A DNA stretch of 64,000 nucleotides from Octopus sinensis (GCF_006345805.1 NC_043000.1:87048001-87112000); one strand, 5' to 3'; numbered from the stretch's first letter, positions 1-15,415 are shown. Program-made: numbers and translations. Notes: generated from the sequence alone by a model not told the origin.

Positions 1-345
1 GTAGCGTTTGAAATGGATGCAAAGAATGTAAATTTCCTGGCGAGTGTTCAGTGATTCAGGTTTCAGGGAGTCTTTGAATATCCTTACTCACTCAGCTATA
101 CAAAGCTTGCAGCTTTCGCTCCCGTTAGTGTAGTGTCCCGGCCGCTCTAAGATTCTCTACTTGATATTGTATGGGGGCCCCTTCATCTTTAAGGCATCAC
201 ACGTCGCTGGCCAGGGATGTGACGAATCGTCTTTCCGGAATCCTGAAGGAAGACCTGTGGTTGTACAAGTGTCTATACAAAATCTTCCTGTATTTGTGGT
301 TTGCTGGGAAATGTTTATTTAAAAATTCTGTATTTTGCGGCTTGG
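1..345 (-). mobile_element. Penelope-like element (Neptune-type) GIY-YIG C-terminal fragment, decayed
   Basis: Minus-strand translation gives FLNKHFPANHKYRKI, LYNHRSSFR...TSLASDV*CLKDEG and YTNGSESCKLCIAE...SLNTRQEI, matching the PLE C-terminal pattern (HFP..H..HKIF; YNNHKSSFR; C.LC..EK; LN.R.E). Confidence 0.7.
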
Positions 346-1185
346 TAGACGATTCATCGTGAAAAATGCACTCAAATTTGGGAAATACAATTCTTGGAAA
401 AACGCTTTTATAGCTAAGAAAACTCCATCAAAATAATTAGGTACTCTCAAGCGGGCATGCGCTAAGTATCTGTTATATAAAACTGGTGCTCCTACCGTCG
501 TTGAATGAAATCACCGGACAATGGCCTCCTACATGGTAGGGTGCTACCGAGTATTATTGTAGTACACAAAAATATAATCTTTGCTTTATGTCCTCTGCGA
601 TTGTTAATGCGACGCATCATGGTGATCGTTTACACACTCGCCAACGTTGACCAGCTAATAACAGCTGATTACTACTACTACCAGCCTGTTGATCCCATGC
701 GGCTTCCATACCATAAAATACAATATTTGCGTGTGTGTGTTTGTTTGTGTGTGCGTGCGTGTGTGTTTATACACACACACACACACACACACACATACAT
801 ACTTTCATATTTATATATATGCATGTATGTACGTACGTACGTATATTTATCTCTGTCTGTCTATCTGCGTGCGCGCGCGTGTGTAAAAACAAAAAATCCA
901 CAGGAAATGTGATACGCAGAATAGTTTCCGTTACAGCTATTTCAGAATTTACTCAGGTTACATCATTAACTCTAATGCCTAGGAACATATACAATATATA
1001 TGCGCAGACGCAACGTTATACAATAAGACGAATTCGAAGTGTTCAGGAATATGGTCTAATGCATGACTATTCAATTGTATTGTATAATGTGCGCGTGCAT
1101 AGATAGATAGATGGATACATAGATACATACATACATACACACGCATGTGTGTATGTGCGTGTGTTTGTGTGTGTGTGTGTGTGAA

Positions 1186-1510
1186 GGCGCATGACTCAGT
1201 GGTTAGAATGTCGGGCTCTCAATCACGTGGTAGTGAGTTCGATTCCCGGACCGGGCTGTGTGTTGTGTTCTTGAGCAAGGCACTTTATTACACATTGCTC
1301 CAATTCACTCAGTTGTAAGAACGAGTTGCGACGTCACTGGTGCCAAGCTGTATCGGTCTTTGCCTTTCCTTTGGCTAACATCAGTGGCGTGGTATGCATG
1401 AGTGACTGCTGGCCTTGCACAAAAACAAACTTTCCCGGTTGTGTCTCAGAGGATAACTTTGTAGGGGCAATCCCATGGTCATTCATGACCGAAAGGGGTC
1501 TTTAAACCTT
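1186..1510 (+). mobile_element. tRNA-derived SINE (type A)
   Basis: A box (GGCGCATGACTCAGTGG), B box (GTTCGATTCC), then conserved core TGTGTTGTGTTCTTGAGCAAGGCACTT. Its 3' part recurs inverted at 36225-36378. Confidence 0.8.
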
Positions 1511-1523
1511 TATATACCCCCCC

Positions 1524-1554
<31 letters not shown>

Positions 1555-1559
1555 ATATA

Positions 1560-2040
1560 TATACGAGCAAAACGCCCTCCGTCCAATGGACGGTGTTGAG
1601 TTGTCAAACATTAAACCAAATTTTCTCAAAACAACTTGTCCGGCCGTCCCATAGGCCTCCTCTTTGAGAAACACTGATTTAACCTAAATTTGGGACACCA
1701 GCAAAAGAAGAAATAAAGATAGACTTTTTTTTAGTCCCAAGAAAAGCGATTTTATTCACACAAATATGCAACCGAAGAGTTTAAAGTACCTGTAATGATA
1801 AGGCTGTTGACTAGGGGAACACAAATATGGTTTAAACAGTAAGCTTGGCAGGAAAGAAACGTGCACGTTCCCACGGCTTTATCGTTCGTATTCTCACCTG
1901 GAATCGATTTTTGTCTTTTTTTCAAGACTTATACACGCCCTGATACCGTCGGTATCTACATATCAAATTTGAGCGCAATCGGATGGAGGATGCCCAAGAT
2001 CCTAGAAGACACACAGACAGACAGACAGACAGACAGACAT

Positions 2041-2073
<33 letters not shown>

Positions 2074-2092
2074 AGGATTTTATATAACAGAT
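1560..2092 (+). mobile_element. non-autonomous Helitron/Helentron-like element (DINE-1/Lep1-like architecture)
   Basis: 5' palindrome CCGTCCAATGGACGG (1579-1593), CAAATTTGAGCGCAATCGG motif, internal (GACA)n, and TTTTATATAACAGAT end. Confidence 0.5.
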
Positions 2093-2107
2093 ACATACAC
2101 ACACATA

Positions 2108-2111
2108 TGTA

Positions 2112-2156
<45 letters not shown>

Positions 2157-2157
2157 C

Positions 2158-2228
<71 letters not shown>

Positions 2229-2266
2229 ATATATATTATATATATATATAATATATATATATATAT

Positions 2267-2290
<24 letters not shown>
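2108..2290. repeat. (TATC)n/(TA)n microsatellite
   Basis: Direct reading. Confidence 0.95.
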
Positions 2291-2298
<8 letters not shown>

Positions 2299-3539
2299 GA
2301 TATAGATATATATATGCACGTGTACGTCATCTCTATGCAACCCCAGTTCAAACAAAATGAAGTAAATCTACGATCAAAGATATTCCAATTATGACCACTC
2401 CGTATTTTTCAAACATGCAGTTGGACTACATTTATCCGGTGTGCTTCTCCTTTTTAACCTGCAGGATGTGGTTCCAAAGAGATTTGGTTGGTTTTTCTTG
2501 CATGTCAAGCAATCCTGTAGAATCTCCCTCGTTGGTTTGTTCTAATGCTTAAAAGCAGAGTGGGTGATGAGGGTTCAAATTCTGAGCTGTTGATTATTGA
2601 TTCGTAACACTGACAAGAAACCGTAATTTCGTAGTGAATAAATATAGTAAACCAAACTGAATTCAGTTTATTATTGAACAGAGAACAAGAATAAATAACG
2701 TAACTTTTAGCTGGACATTATTACCATATCTATTACATCATTGTACTTTGGCCTGTATAATGTTACACCTCCAAGTAAAGAATACGCTTAAACCACAGAA
2801 GATTGCTAAGAAATTACGAAATTCCTTTTAATGTGTCGATGCAACGCTATTTCTATAAATGAATATAATCACTAGAATCCAAAGAGAATAATGGCCACCC
2901 GTTTTCTAATAGGTGGCCTTGTGTTACTGTATCTTTATAAATACTTGGCTTATGGTAATATAAAGATAAGGTTTTAACTGGAGTTCCAATCATTTTTATT
3001 TGGTAATCCTGAAGAAGTTGGAAAGGAATTCAGGCAGAAAATTTGTCTCGGTAGGAAGGAGGTACGCAAAAAGGCCCTGATTACAAATGAGAAAGAGATG
3101 AGCGCATAATTTATAAATTCATATTGAACACGAGTAACCAATTCGGTGACGTACTTTTAATTAATTCCTTTTTGGAATAGTATATCTCGCAGTGCACATA
3201 TAAATCTATAATTAATAGCATCTAAATATTGTTTTGAAAATGCTATTCGGTAGAAAAAATTGAAAGCTGCCATCGACTTTTTCTATCCAAAAGTGTTCTT
3301 CAACACAATATTTACATGCTATTAGTTGTAGCTCTATATCTGTGCTTCGAGATATACTATTAAAAAAAGAAGAAGAATTATTTCACGTTCTCTCGAAAGT
3401 TTATAAAACTTTTTATGATGCATTTTTAATTATTAAGATTGCAATTTTCGGAGAAATGACTTGAAATTTGGTGAGGAGAAATTGCTTCAACATTCCCATC
3501 TACAATTCCATTCGATCAGGTTGATCTTGGTTTTGGATT

Positions 3540-4110
3540 GGGCTCAAACTAAGAAACCATATTTATAAACAAAATGTAATATCACTCTCACTTACTGGTC
3601 ACTGATGCATCTTTCTGGAAGAAGATACCTGATGATCGGAGATGAAAATGATCGAATTGCGTCGAACAGGGGACATAAATTTCATCGTAGAACAGAAGCA
3701 GAAACGTAAGAATATATTTCAGATGAGCTCTTTAATCATTCTGAAAACGTGATAAAATTTTTCCGCAAGTAATAGCAATCAATAAAACCTAATTGTTTGA
3801 GGACGGTATCGAAATTAAGCCATGAAATAAAAAAATAATATAAAGCGTACACTGGGTTTTCACACTCGAAGAAATCTTGAACGAGAAAATACATACTAAT
3901 CTCGAAATGGATGTCACTACATAATACCAAATTATAATATAATTTTTGTTTTCATTTCTGAAGTTGCATTTACTTTAAATTACATTGAAGAATTATGTTT
4001 TCAAAGTTATGTCAAGGTCCATATATAGGTCTACATTTGATGAAGCCAAATTTATCCTTTAAAATGTTGACGATACCGGGTCTTAATGGCAATCTTGAAA
4101 AGCTAGGATT
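3540..4110 (-). pseudogene. possible decayed cold-shock-domain (CSDE1/UNR-like) relic
   Basis: RLPLRPGIVNILKDKFGFIKC (~4030-4100) and LKQLGFIDCYYLRKNFITFSE (~3739-3800) resemble CSD RNP1/RNP2 motifs, but are separated by stops. Confidence 0.3.
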
Positions 4111-4639
4111 TCCGAGCAAAGAAAGAGACTGACTAACACTCATTTTACAAACAGAATCTTTAAGTGGAACAGGAAAAATATGCAAAACATACCTAAAATT
4201 CAGCAAGTAACTCTTATCTTTGTATTTATCCATATTCTAGCGAATTCTATTCCTTTGTTAGAAATCAATTCATTCCTTCTACGAAGAATTTTAATAAATA
4301 AAAAATAATAAAATCATATATAAGCATATACACTGTGTTAGTATGTACAAATGCATATGTACAAAAATTGCTTCATGACCGTGTGGAAACTAAAAGAAAT
4401 AATAATAAGAATTTTATTGTAGATATTTCTGATATATCATTGAACCTGAATACGACGAATGTGAATGCATTGGAATCTATAAGCAGGTTATAACTGAGAA
4501 AGCAGAAATATTAGGTTTTTCATCGTCAAACCTGTGATCATTTTTAATGCACTATGGTTGTTTAAGGGTACAAAAGCATTTTAAGGCATTCGAGCACATC
4601 TATATAAAGGTTTCAGCAGTGTCGTTTATTTTGATAAAG

Positions 4640-4830
4640 ACTTGAAAATCATAGTGTAATGAGTGATGATCAAAGAGAATGACTCTGCCAAGGTATCAAG
4701 ACCATGGAGACTAGGTATTAAGCCAGGTGGAACACAAGCATGATGACTGACTACTGGTGGTGTCTGCAAAGAAACAGTCGCGATGCAAGTTATTCACGCA
4801 AGGCGCCAAAGAGAAAGTTAACTCCTTGAA
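4640..4830 (+). mobile_element. DNA transposase C-terminal fragment (CMC/Chapaev-3-like), decayed
   Basis: Translation LENHSVMSDDQRE*LCQGIKTMETRY*ARWNTSMMTDYWWCLQRNS matches the SDEQGERFHQDI..ME.RYQGRW...MMADYCW motif. Superfamily name is from memory. Confidence 0.55.
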
Positions 4831-5551
4831 GTAACTGTAATTCTAGTTTGTCAGAAATATCTATCCTAATATGTGAAATTAAACATTTTGTGTAATATAT
4901 TTGTTAAACAATAAAAAGTACTGTCTGATTTGTGTTAGTTTCTTACTTCAGTATTGCATTTAATGGCAAAATTGACATTTCTTGGTAAAAAATGAATTCT
5001 TGTTTAACAAAAAGTATTTCTGAAGGCATTTCCAAACGTCACCACACCAAATTAGGTAGGATTAATTGTAAAAAAGCAAAACAATTAAATATTTTTTCAA
5101 AAATGTTCCCCAGTGTTATTGGTATAAATGTAAGCTTATAATCAGGGCAGAGGTGCCATATGTTTCGAAGCGGTTGCTGATAGATATTCACCTTATTGTT
5201 GATTATGGAAGAGATGTTTATATCTGAAGAGCAGCTAACATCTATAATTGTATTTGAATATTTTCTGTCCCGAATAACTATTTCAAACCTGTTATGTTTG
5301 TATTTGGTAGAAATTTTGACAGGAATGTTCCTCTAATATTCCTTACATAGTGTTTTCTTTCGTTTATGATGAAAGTCTTTTTTGCGGGGATGCTGTTTCA
5401 AATAGAATATATATGTATGTATATATATATATATATATATATATAAGGTTAATCCAAACGGGAAAACAGAAAAAACAACAACACAAGGAGGTGGAACAAT
5501 TAAAGTATTATTATTAGGCGCTCAGGAAAAAGGGTAGAAGGAGGGTATGAC

Positions 5552-5648
<97 letters not shown>

Positions 5649-5650
5649 AT

Positions 5651-5960
5651 CACGCGATCACGTGACTGACCAGGCTATCAGATGTTGCTACACATCGCTG
5701 GTCACAATGCGCTTCGCATTGTTTTAGCCTTCAACTGATGCCACCCCGCTGACTAAGCGAGCAGGCCAACAGAAGAAAGAGTGAGAGAAAGTTGAGGCCA
5801 AAGAGTACAGCAGGAACCGCCACCACCCCCTGCCGGAGCCTCGTGGAGCTTCAGGTGTTTTCGCTCAATAAACATTCACAACGCCCGGTCTGGGAATCGA
5901 AACCGCGATCCTACGACCGCGAGTCCGCTGCCCTAACCACTAGGCCATTACGCCTCCACA
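5651..5960 (-). mobile_element. tRNA-derived SINE (type B)
   Basis: Minus-strand head TGTGGAGGCGTAATGGCCTAGTGGTTAGG...GGTTTCGATTCCC. A related copy lies at 30731-31018. Confidence 0.8.
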
Positions 5961-6475
5961 CACACACACACATACACACACACACACACATATATATACA
6001 CATACATACATATATATTTATATATATACATATATATACATAAGTCTGTAATATGTATATATGTATGTACACATAATTCAAGTATGTATATGTATATATG
6101 TAAGTATGCAGTAAATAGATGTCTTCACAAATGCCTTCACACACTCTTTCTAACGATTTCATGTACACACGTAGACACCTTTTCTCCTCCTCACTAGCCA
6201 GCATCACCATACTTGCATGCACTATACACATGCGTACATCATACTGTAACACTCACACACATACACAACACTCCCTCTTATACTGGTATGCATCCTCCCC
6301 GCTTCTTCACTCCCCAATAAAATAACACTCCTTTTGTTTCTAGCCATTCACCTTTCTCATCTGTACTTCCTCCTTTTATATATACTCGCCATTTTTCTTT
6401 CTCAATTTCCCCATGTTTTTCTCTTTTGTTTTGATGAAGGAAATAATGTCGGAAACGTTAAAACACACACGCACG

Positions 6476-6511
<36 letters not shown>

Positions 6512-7254
6512 ACACACACACACCACACACACACACACTCTCTCTCTCTCTCTCTCTCTCTCCCGCTATCTCTCCCTCTGAAGTGTCAAACTAATACCAT
6601 ATTTGTCAAACTTTGTTCTTATGTTCTTCTTTGCAATATTTATTGTTTCTTACACTATGTATTTATGTAGCTATATATTTATGTATAAATGTATGTATTG
6701 TTTGTAAATGGGCGCGTGTTTTTATGTGCCCATATTACCAAGTTTATGTTTGTTAATTTGTACCTCTGCATTAAAACAAACGGCAGAATACAGTGATGTC
6801 ATCGTGTTGCTGGCCTTGTTTCTGAATAAAAACAAGCAGGAAATGGGAAAAGCAGGTGAAGTAAATCTTATCATTTAATTGAAGTAGTTGTCTTGTAAAT
6901 AAAAACGGCAGGTGAATTTACTAGTTTAGTTAGACGGAAACATGAAAATGTTTCTTTCTTGACTTCATCACTTTAAACAGACACTTTAATTATTGTTGAT
7001 TATTTGCATTTCCTGACATTTTTGCATAGAAATTTATGAAAAGCTAAGATGCGACTAGACGTAGGTTCAATATTCGTAGAGATGTGTGTAGTGAACCGAT
7101 AATCCCACTGGATGTATTAAAAAAAAATTTTAACCATAGATCGCAAAGCACCAATTCTAGTGGCCTACCATTTTATAAATCAATGTTCTAGTTAGATAAA
7201 ATGTTGAGATATAACTTCGTGAAGAAGTGGGTATACTTTGCTCTATCCTTGCAT

Positions 7255-9050
7255 ATCTTGAGTCCACAATTGGACGAAGGCCTCAGTATATTCCCTCCAC
7301 TAGTCACGGTCTGATGGTTTCCTCATACATGTTAGGGATGCCGAAGTATGTAAAAAGTCTTCGTTTCAACTTTTGAATGGTTTCCCCTCCGTTTCTTATG
7401 GATGTGGTGTCCACTCTGTCAATTTTCTATTCTATCTATTGTCCTTTCTTCTAGACACATGTCCCGCGAAAGACCATTTCAGTGTTTTATTTTCCAGATA
7501 ACATCCGTTAAATCTGTTGCCACTCTTATCTTGTTGTTTCTCAACTTATCCACTTTGTTAATTGTCAGCATTCTCCTTTCCATGACTCTTTATTTATTTT
7601 CAATGCTCTTGTCGGTAGTGTATGTTCCTGATGCATACGTAATGGTAGACAGTACACACTGGTTGAAGACCTTTCTTTTTAGACATTTAGGCAAATTGCT
7701 GCTCATGATGTGATTCAATTTACCATAGGCTGCTCATCCTAATTGTATTCATCGTTCAATTTCTATTGTTTGATTTTTATACTTTAGGCAGATTATTTGG
7801 CCAAGATAGGTATACTGGTTTACATGTTCAACTATTTCATAATCTATTATCACATTTCTAGGTGTGATTAGATGGTTGGCGGTTATCTTCGTTTTACTAA
7901 AAGTTCTGAGTCCGCATTTTTTGCTTTCTTCTTTTAGTTCTCTAAGCATTTCAGTTCTTTATTTAGTGCTCCTGGAAATGAGTACAATATCATCAACGAA
8001 TCTGAGATGATTTATGATGCATCCGTTTATAATTATTCCTTTAGCTGACAAACAAATTTTTAAAAACCTATCTTGGCCAAATACAGATGGGAATAATTTG
8101 AGTAATACGGTGTCTCCTTGTCTGGCTCCTTTACCATTTTTGATATAAATCGCTTTGTTGTTTATTGTTGCTGTAGTACTACAGTTAGTGTACACATTCT
8201 CTAATAGCTTCACGTAGTCCGTGGAAATTGATGATATACTAAGAAGTATATCATCAATTTCTACGGAATCAAAAGCCTTTTCAAAATCTACAAATCTTAA
8301 GTATAATGGTTATGTTGTAAGTTTGGCATTTTCCCCTCAATTAATTTATAACATATATGTGGTTTACTGTGCTTTTTCTTGAAGCCTACCTGTTCTGTTG
8401 TAGTGTTCTTATCCAGTTTTCTCTCAATTCTTTTTGATATGATTTTTGAGAAGATGCTGTAGATGTGAGATAGTAGACTGATTGGTCTGTTATTCTTTAG
8501 ATCTTTGGCATCCCCCCTTTTTTTATAAAGAAGGGTCAGTTCGGAATTTTCCAACATATTCAGTATCTTATGTCCATGTAGGTGGTTTATATATAGTTTA
8601 GCTAGTTCCTTCTCTGTGCTTGGTCCAACCACTTTTATTATAACTATTTCAACCCTGTCTGGACCTTCAATTTTATTGGTTTTCATTTCCTTTATAACAT
8701 TTCTAATTTCTGCCTCCAAAATACCTGGGATCCCTTCCTTTGAATTTACTGTTTGAAAAACTTCTTTGTGTGATTGATATAGGTTTTCATAGAATTAGGT
8801 TTTCATTGAATTCTTTTATTTTTTCTAATGTTTGTACATTTTCTGTAAGCTGTTTTCTGTCTTTGCAATTTAGGCTAATGATTGTGTTAAGTTCTATAGT
8901 CATCTTTTGCTTAACTTTCAAAAGTCTTTTGTTGCCTTCAATTGTTTCCTTAATCATCTCCATACTTGACTTTCTTTTATTTTCACTGAGTTTTTTCCGT
9001 TTTGTTTTACATTCTTCCGGGTATAAACTGCATCCTTCTGCTAAGCCATG
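7255..9050 (-). mobile_element. RTE-clade LINE, linker + RT + C-terminus, decayed
   Basis: Motifs NNRPISLLSHIYSIF, EQVGFK, GARQGDT, HLRFVDDIVL, YTYLGQ and terminal EAFVQLWTQ. Confidence 0.9.
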
Positions 9051-9059
9051 TCGAGCCAT

Positions 9060-10020
9060 TGTGACAGAATACGCTCATCAAAACAGCATGATCTCAAACC
9101 CTAATCCAGGCCTGCAGTCCCCAGCAGCAATACAATCCCATACTACGGTGGCGGTATGAGCAATAGTAGAGCAGGAGGTGCTAAGGATCTCTGGGTTAGA
9201 ACAGGGCACTTTTGGAACCTGACTATATTTACGCATAACGTACGTAGTATCATGGATGACACTTGAATCTTGAACTTGGAACATGAATTAGACAATATAC
9301 ATTGGAATATCGTTGGTCTCAGTGAAGTGAAAAGAAAGGGAAAGTGCAAACTCATTCTAAAAAGCGGTCACACTTTTTCTGGAAAGGTAAAGAAAATATA
9401 AGCGAAATAGGCGTAGGATTTTTGATAAATTAGGAGTCTTAATAAATGAAGATATAGCTGGTGGAAATGTTATCTATTACAAATCATTAAATGAGTGGAT
9501 AATCAAGATAACCATCAAGCAGAACAAAAATTACAAAATTGGCATTATCCAAGTATATGCGTCAACTAGTGACTGTGATGTTGAAGAGACTGAAATATTT
9601 TACAGGTAAGTTGACAGTGCCATCAAAGAAGAGAAAGTGAAGTATACTTTAGTGATAGGGGATTTTAACGCAAAAGTGGGCATTAGGAATAATAAAGTGA
9701 AAATGTTACCGGAAAATATGGATACGAGGTAAGAAATGAAGGAGGAAAGAAGAAAAAGACTAATTGAATTTGTATCCTATGAAAAAATGAGAATAGAAAA
9801 TATCGTCTTTTTACTAAAAGAAGTGCTAGAAAATGGACATGGAAAAGTCCTGGAGACAGAATGAGAAATGAAATTGATTTCATACTATCAAGCAATCGAA
9901 ATATAGTCCCGGACGTGACGGCTGTCACCAAAGTGAACATTGGAAGTGACTAATAGACTTGTCAAATGCAAAATGTAAATAAACCCAACTTAATAAAGGA
10001 ACAAGAAACTGAGGAAGTCA
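9060..10020 (+). mobile_element. RTE-clade LINE 5' region + APE endonuclease, inverted relative to the RT part
   Basis: THNVRS, WNIVGLSEVKR, IIQVYASTS, VIGDFNAKVG, IDFILS, GSD*RLVKC on the + strand. Confidence 0.85.
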
Positions 10021-10041
10021 CAGAGAATTTGCATAGAAGAA

Positions 10042-10105
<64 letters not shown>

Positions 10106-10107
10106 AA

Positions 10108-10400
10108 CAGGAAGCTTTACGAAAATAAACAAAAGACGAAGGCAGGTGGAGTACAAACAAACAATTGTATTAGTATGGCGCTCAGGAATAGAAATAAAAC
10201 AAGTATTTTACGTTTCGAGCCTACGCTCTTCAACAGAAAGATACACAGAAAAGAAACACGGAGAGAAACAAGGAGAGAAAAAAAGGCGTGCAGGAGCTAA
10301 CGAATCAACATGGCGGTCTGATTTCGGCCAGAAGTCAGAGATCAGACGTTAGACGGTAGAGGGATAATAGGGGAGATAACAAGGTCAAATGACCTCGTCC
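10108..10400 (-). mobile_element. Penelope pLTR-like short element between (TA)n tracts
   Basis: Contains a hammerhead-like scaffold. Shares TATTA...GGCGCTCAGGAA with a truncated relative at 5444-5552. Confidence 0.45.
10203..10244 (-). ncRNA. minimal type I hammerhead-like scaffold (degenerate core)
   Basis: Minus strand gtatcttt-CTGTTGA-a-GAGC gtag GCTC-GAAAC GTA-aaatac. A6 is mutated to U. Confidence 0.4.
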
Positions 10401-10402
10401 CA

Positions 10403-10454
<52 letters not shown>

Positions 10455-10566
10455 AACTTCAAATTTAGTAATGAGAAATTGTTTTAATATTCTGTGGAAT
10501 GTGCAATTACACGTTAAGTCAGAAGTAGATATTTCAGTTGATGAAACAACTGAACGGCAGAGAACC

Positions 10567-10775
10567 ACCGAAACATTTTCTAATATATCTTTCCGAGGGA
10601 GATTTGACTTCTATTTCTAGCACATCGAATAATTGCGTAGAGTCTCCCTCGATAGCTTACCGAAACATTTTCTAATGCACCTTTCTTTAAGGTAGTATGG
10701 GATATGATTTAGGGGAGATTTAGCAACTATTTCTAGCATGTAGAATAACTGTTTAGAGTATCCCTCGATAGCTCG
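10567..10775 (+). repeat. two diverged tandem copies of a ~90-115 bp repeat
   Basis: ACCGAAACATTTTCTAAT...GAGATTT...CTATTTCTAGCA...CCCTCGATAGCT occurs twice. Confidence 0.65.
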
Positions 10776-11204
10776 TCTGATACAGAGAGTTCAGTAGTGC
10801 CGGAGTGTCGTCATGGTGTGTAAAGAACAGCATAGAAGTGTGAAGAACAGTATATAAGAGAGTGAAGCGATTCTATTGTATTTCAATAGCTACGTTGCTA
10901 CAATTTGTGCCTTCCGGGTGCTACTTTAATCTAATCTCTAGAGTAAAGCACAGTATAATACATATATAATGTGTACTCCACAAAAATATATCTCTCGGGG
11001 AGATGAGCACTCTTGTTCTCCTTAATCTGAGGAAATAATTTTAGTGCTTTATGTGAAAATTAGTTCACGAGGTCATAATTTATTAAAACAAACCGACATT
11101 TTAAAAATAACTGTTCGATGTATTTCGTTTCTGAGAGATTCGATTAAGTACAATTATGATTAAAGACATTCAAAGTGTGAATTATTTCTTTCAAGGTAAA
11201 TAGG

Positions 11205-12850
<1,646 letters not shown>

Positions 12851-15415
12851 GATTGACGTGATGTCGCATCGGCTCCGCAGGTAACCCCTGTTTTCGACCT
12901 TTTATTGCGCACATTTTGTTTCAATTTTTGCACACAAGGTGTGTAAAGCACCCAGCTTTCGTTTGAGTGTGTTTTCAAAGTGTGGAATTGACCCCCTAGG
13001 GGCAGTTTCAAACCTATTTACATTTCTATTTTCTTCGATTTCCTTGCCAAATTTCTAAACAAATATGGTTAAGCGAAGCCATGAGGCCGATTTCCCGCCT
13101 CTACTAACGTTAGATGCGAAGGAGGCTGAAAGTAAAGTCGTTCCGGGTGAACGCACACAGGCCTTAGAAGGCACGAATGCTTCTGCTACTATAACCACTG
13201 GCTGCACCACTGCTACCACCATTACCGCCATCACCACCACAACCAACACGAATACCGAAAACAATTTTGCCGCAGCATTAAAGTTGAAGAAAACAGTCAT
13301 GTGCTTTTCCAAAGAAGAACTGTTCGCATGTAAAGCAATGTTAAAAAAAGACGACCTCCGTGTACAAATAGACACTACAAAACAACACGGAAAAAATCGA
13401 AAAAAACCTCAACAAAACAATTATTCACAGGACACTCAACCTAAAAACAAGGCTATACGAAAAGGCCACCCAAGAAAATGTTGAAAAATGTTTAAGGCCT
13501 ATATGGACCTTTAAAGACTACATCATGAGGCGAAACAGATTTGCCAGGATCGAAGTTCGATTCGACAGTGAAGAAAGAGTCAATGACCTCTCCACAAAGT
13601 CCTTCCAATTTGAAAATTTACTGATGATCCCTACATACCTTGGTCGTAAGGTCACAAAAATTAAAATAAAGAATGTGCCTCATGAAATAGAAATAAAATG
13701 GCTCGTGTCCGCAATTTGCTATGACATCGAGGACGAAATCCATATCTTGGAAATCGCTGTCGTGGATCAGCAAAACTGGATTGGCCAAGAAATAGAAATC
13801 CTTGCTCAAATTAATCCGATGATTTTCGAAAAAAACCCACATCGAATCCGTCGAAGGCAGAAAGCCACGTTGCTACGTTTGTGGTAGCAAAGCACACTTA
13901 CAAATTACGTGCCCACTAGCACAGAAACAACAGCAACAACAACGACAGCAAGATCAGGAAAAACAAGAACAACCAGAAGAAAACAAAAAACCGTGCGAAA
14001 AACCAGCACTGCTACCCACACCGCCTTATGCACAACTAATTAAACAGCTCTACAAACAAATGACGGAACATCAGCAACCAACAAGTCAGCCCCAACCAAA
14101 CAACACCGCTACCAGCGCCACCAAGAACAGAAACAAAACCATCATCACCACCACCACAACCACCACCACCAACAACAACTTCAAAGGAGGAAGAGAAAAC
14201 CAAAAAGACTCATACCCCACCCCCAAAATCCTATACATCACACCCCAACTGTCACCAACCAGCACCAACACCAACAACAAAGTCAACATACTTAGAAATA
14301 GACCCCAATACCCTTCCCCTCCTACCTTCTGATTCCTCCGACATGTCGTCAGATGAAGACGATACAGAGGATTGGCAAATGGCCACAGGGGTGGGGGGGA
14401 GGGGGAAAAGAATAGAGAAGCAGACAAACAAAGCAGGGAGGTTTACCACTTCCGAAATCAAAACACCCGCAGAAAACAAAAACATCAGCACAAACACACT
14501 AACACCAGACCCCTAACAATGTTGACAGCCATAAACACCAACAACCCAGACCTAATGGGATACATTAGATCAAACACCAAAATTACAGAAAATGATACCA
14601 AAACAAAGAATCACCCACGCACAGCACCACCACAACACATTAAAATCATACACATAACACAAAACACACACAGCACCCTGAAACCTCTCTACCCGGAAGT
14701 AGTTGGGAGATTTCAAAAATACCTGTCCAAAAAACTGTACAAAAACCTTCTGGAAGAAGACTGTGAGATGAAGGACAAAGAACTTTCGGACAGTAAGTGA
14801 CTCTCTCTCTCTCGCATTCTCTTTCGTCTTCCTTTCGTGAGTAAAACACAACTTTGGATAGGAACATGCTCAAAATAGGCAGTATAAATGTACGTGGCTT
14901 GAGGTCACCTTGGAAACAAGGCTACCAGTTAAAAGACATCGTCACAAAATCTGCATATCATAGCCATCAGTGAGACTAGACTCCAAAGCCCGCGGGCACT
15001 ACAGCACATGTTCGGCGCACATTTCGACATTTATTTTTCTCCGTGTCTGCCGAGAATGGGAGGAGGTGGCACCGTGGTGCTTCTTCGGAAGAGTCTGGAC
15101 CTCAAAGTAAGAGCAATTTTCCAAGACCCGGAGGGTAGGCTGGTCGTCTTAGATGTCGATAGCAGCATTGAGTGTGCTTTTCGACTGATAATAGTTTATG
15201 CACTGTCCTTAACAGGTCGGCCAGATTTCTTTCGACGTCTAGAGGTTTTCCTGAGAACGTCTCGATCTTTACTTTTAGTGGGGGATTGGAACGCTACCCT
15301 GGACACGCATCTAGACTACGTGGGCAGAGATAGTAATAGGAGGGGATGTAAATGCCTCAAAGTTCTGTTCAGACGTTTCCAACTGTCTGACAGGTACTGA
15401 CTGGACCACCCGAAA
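12851..15415 (+). mobile_element. Tx1/L1-clade LINE 5' part: 5' UTR, frameshifted ORF1, start of ORF2 (APE endonuclease), 3'-truncated
   Basis: ORF1 has an RRM-like RIEVRFDSEE...IPTYLGRK and the zinc knuckle CYVCGSKAHLQITC (13871-13912). ORF2 starts at ATG 14866 (MLKIGSINVRGL), then GRLVVLDV, LIIVYA, LVGDWNA. Confidence 0.85.
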
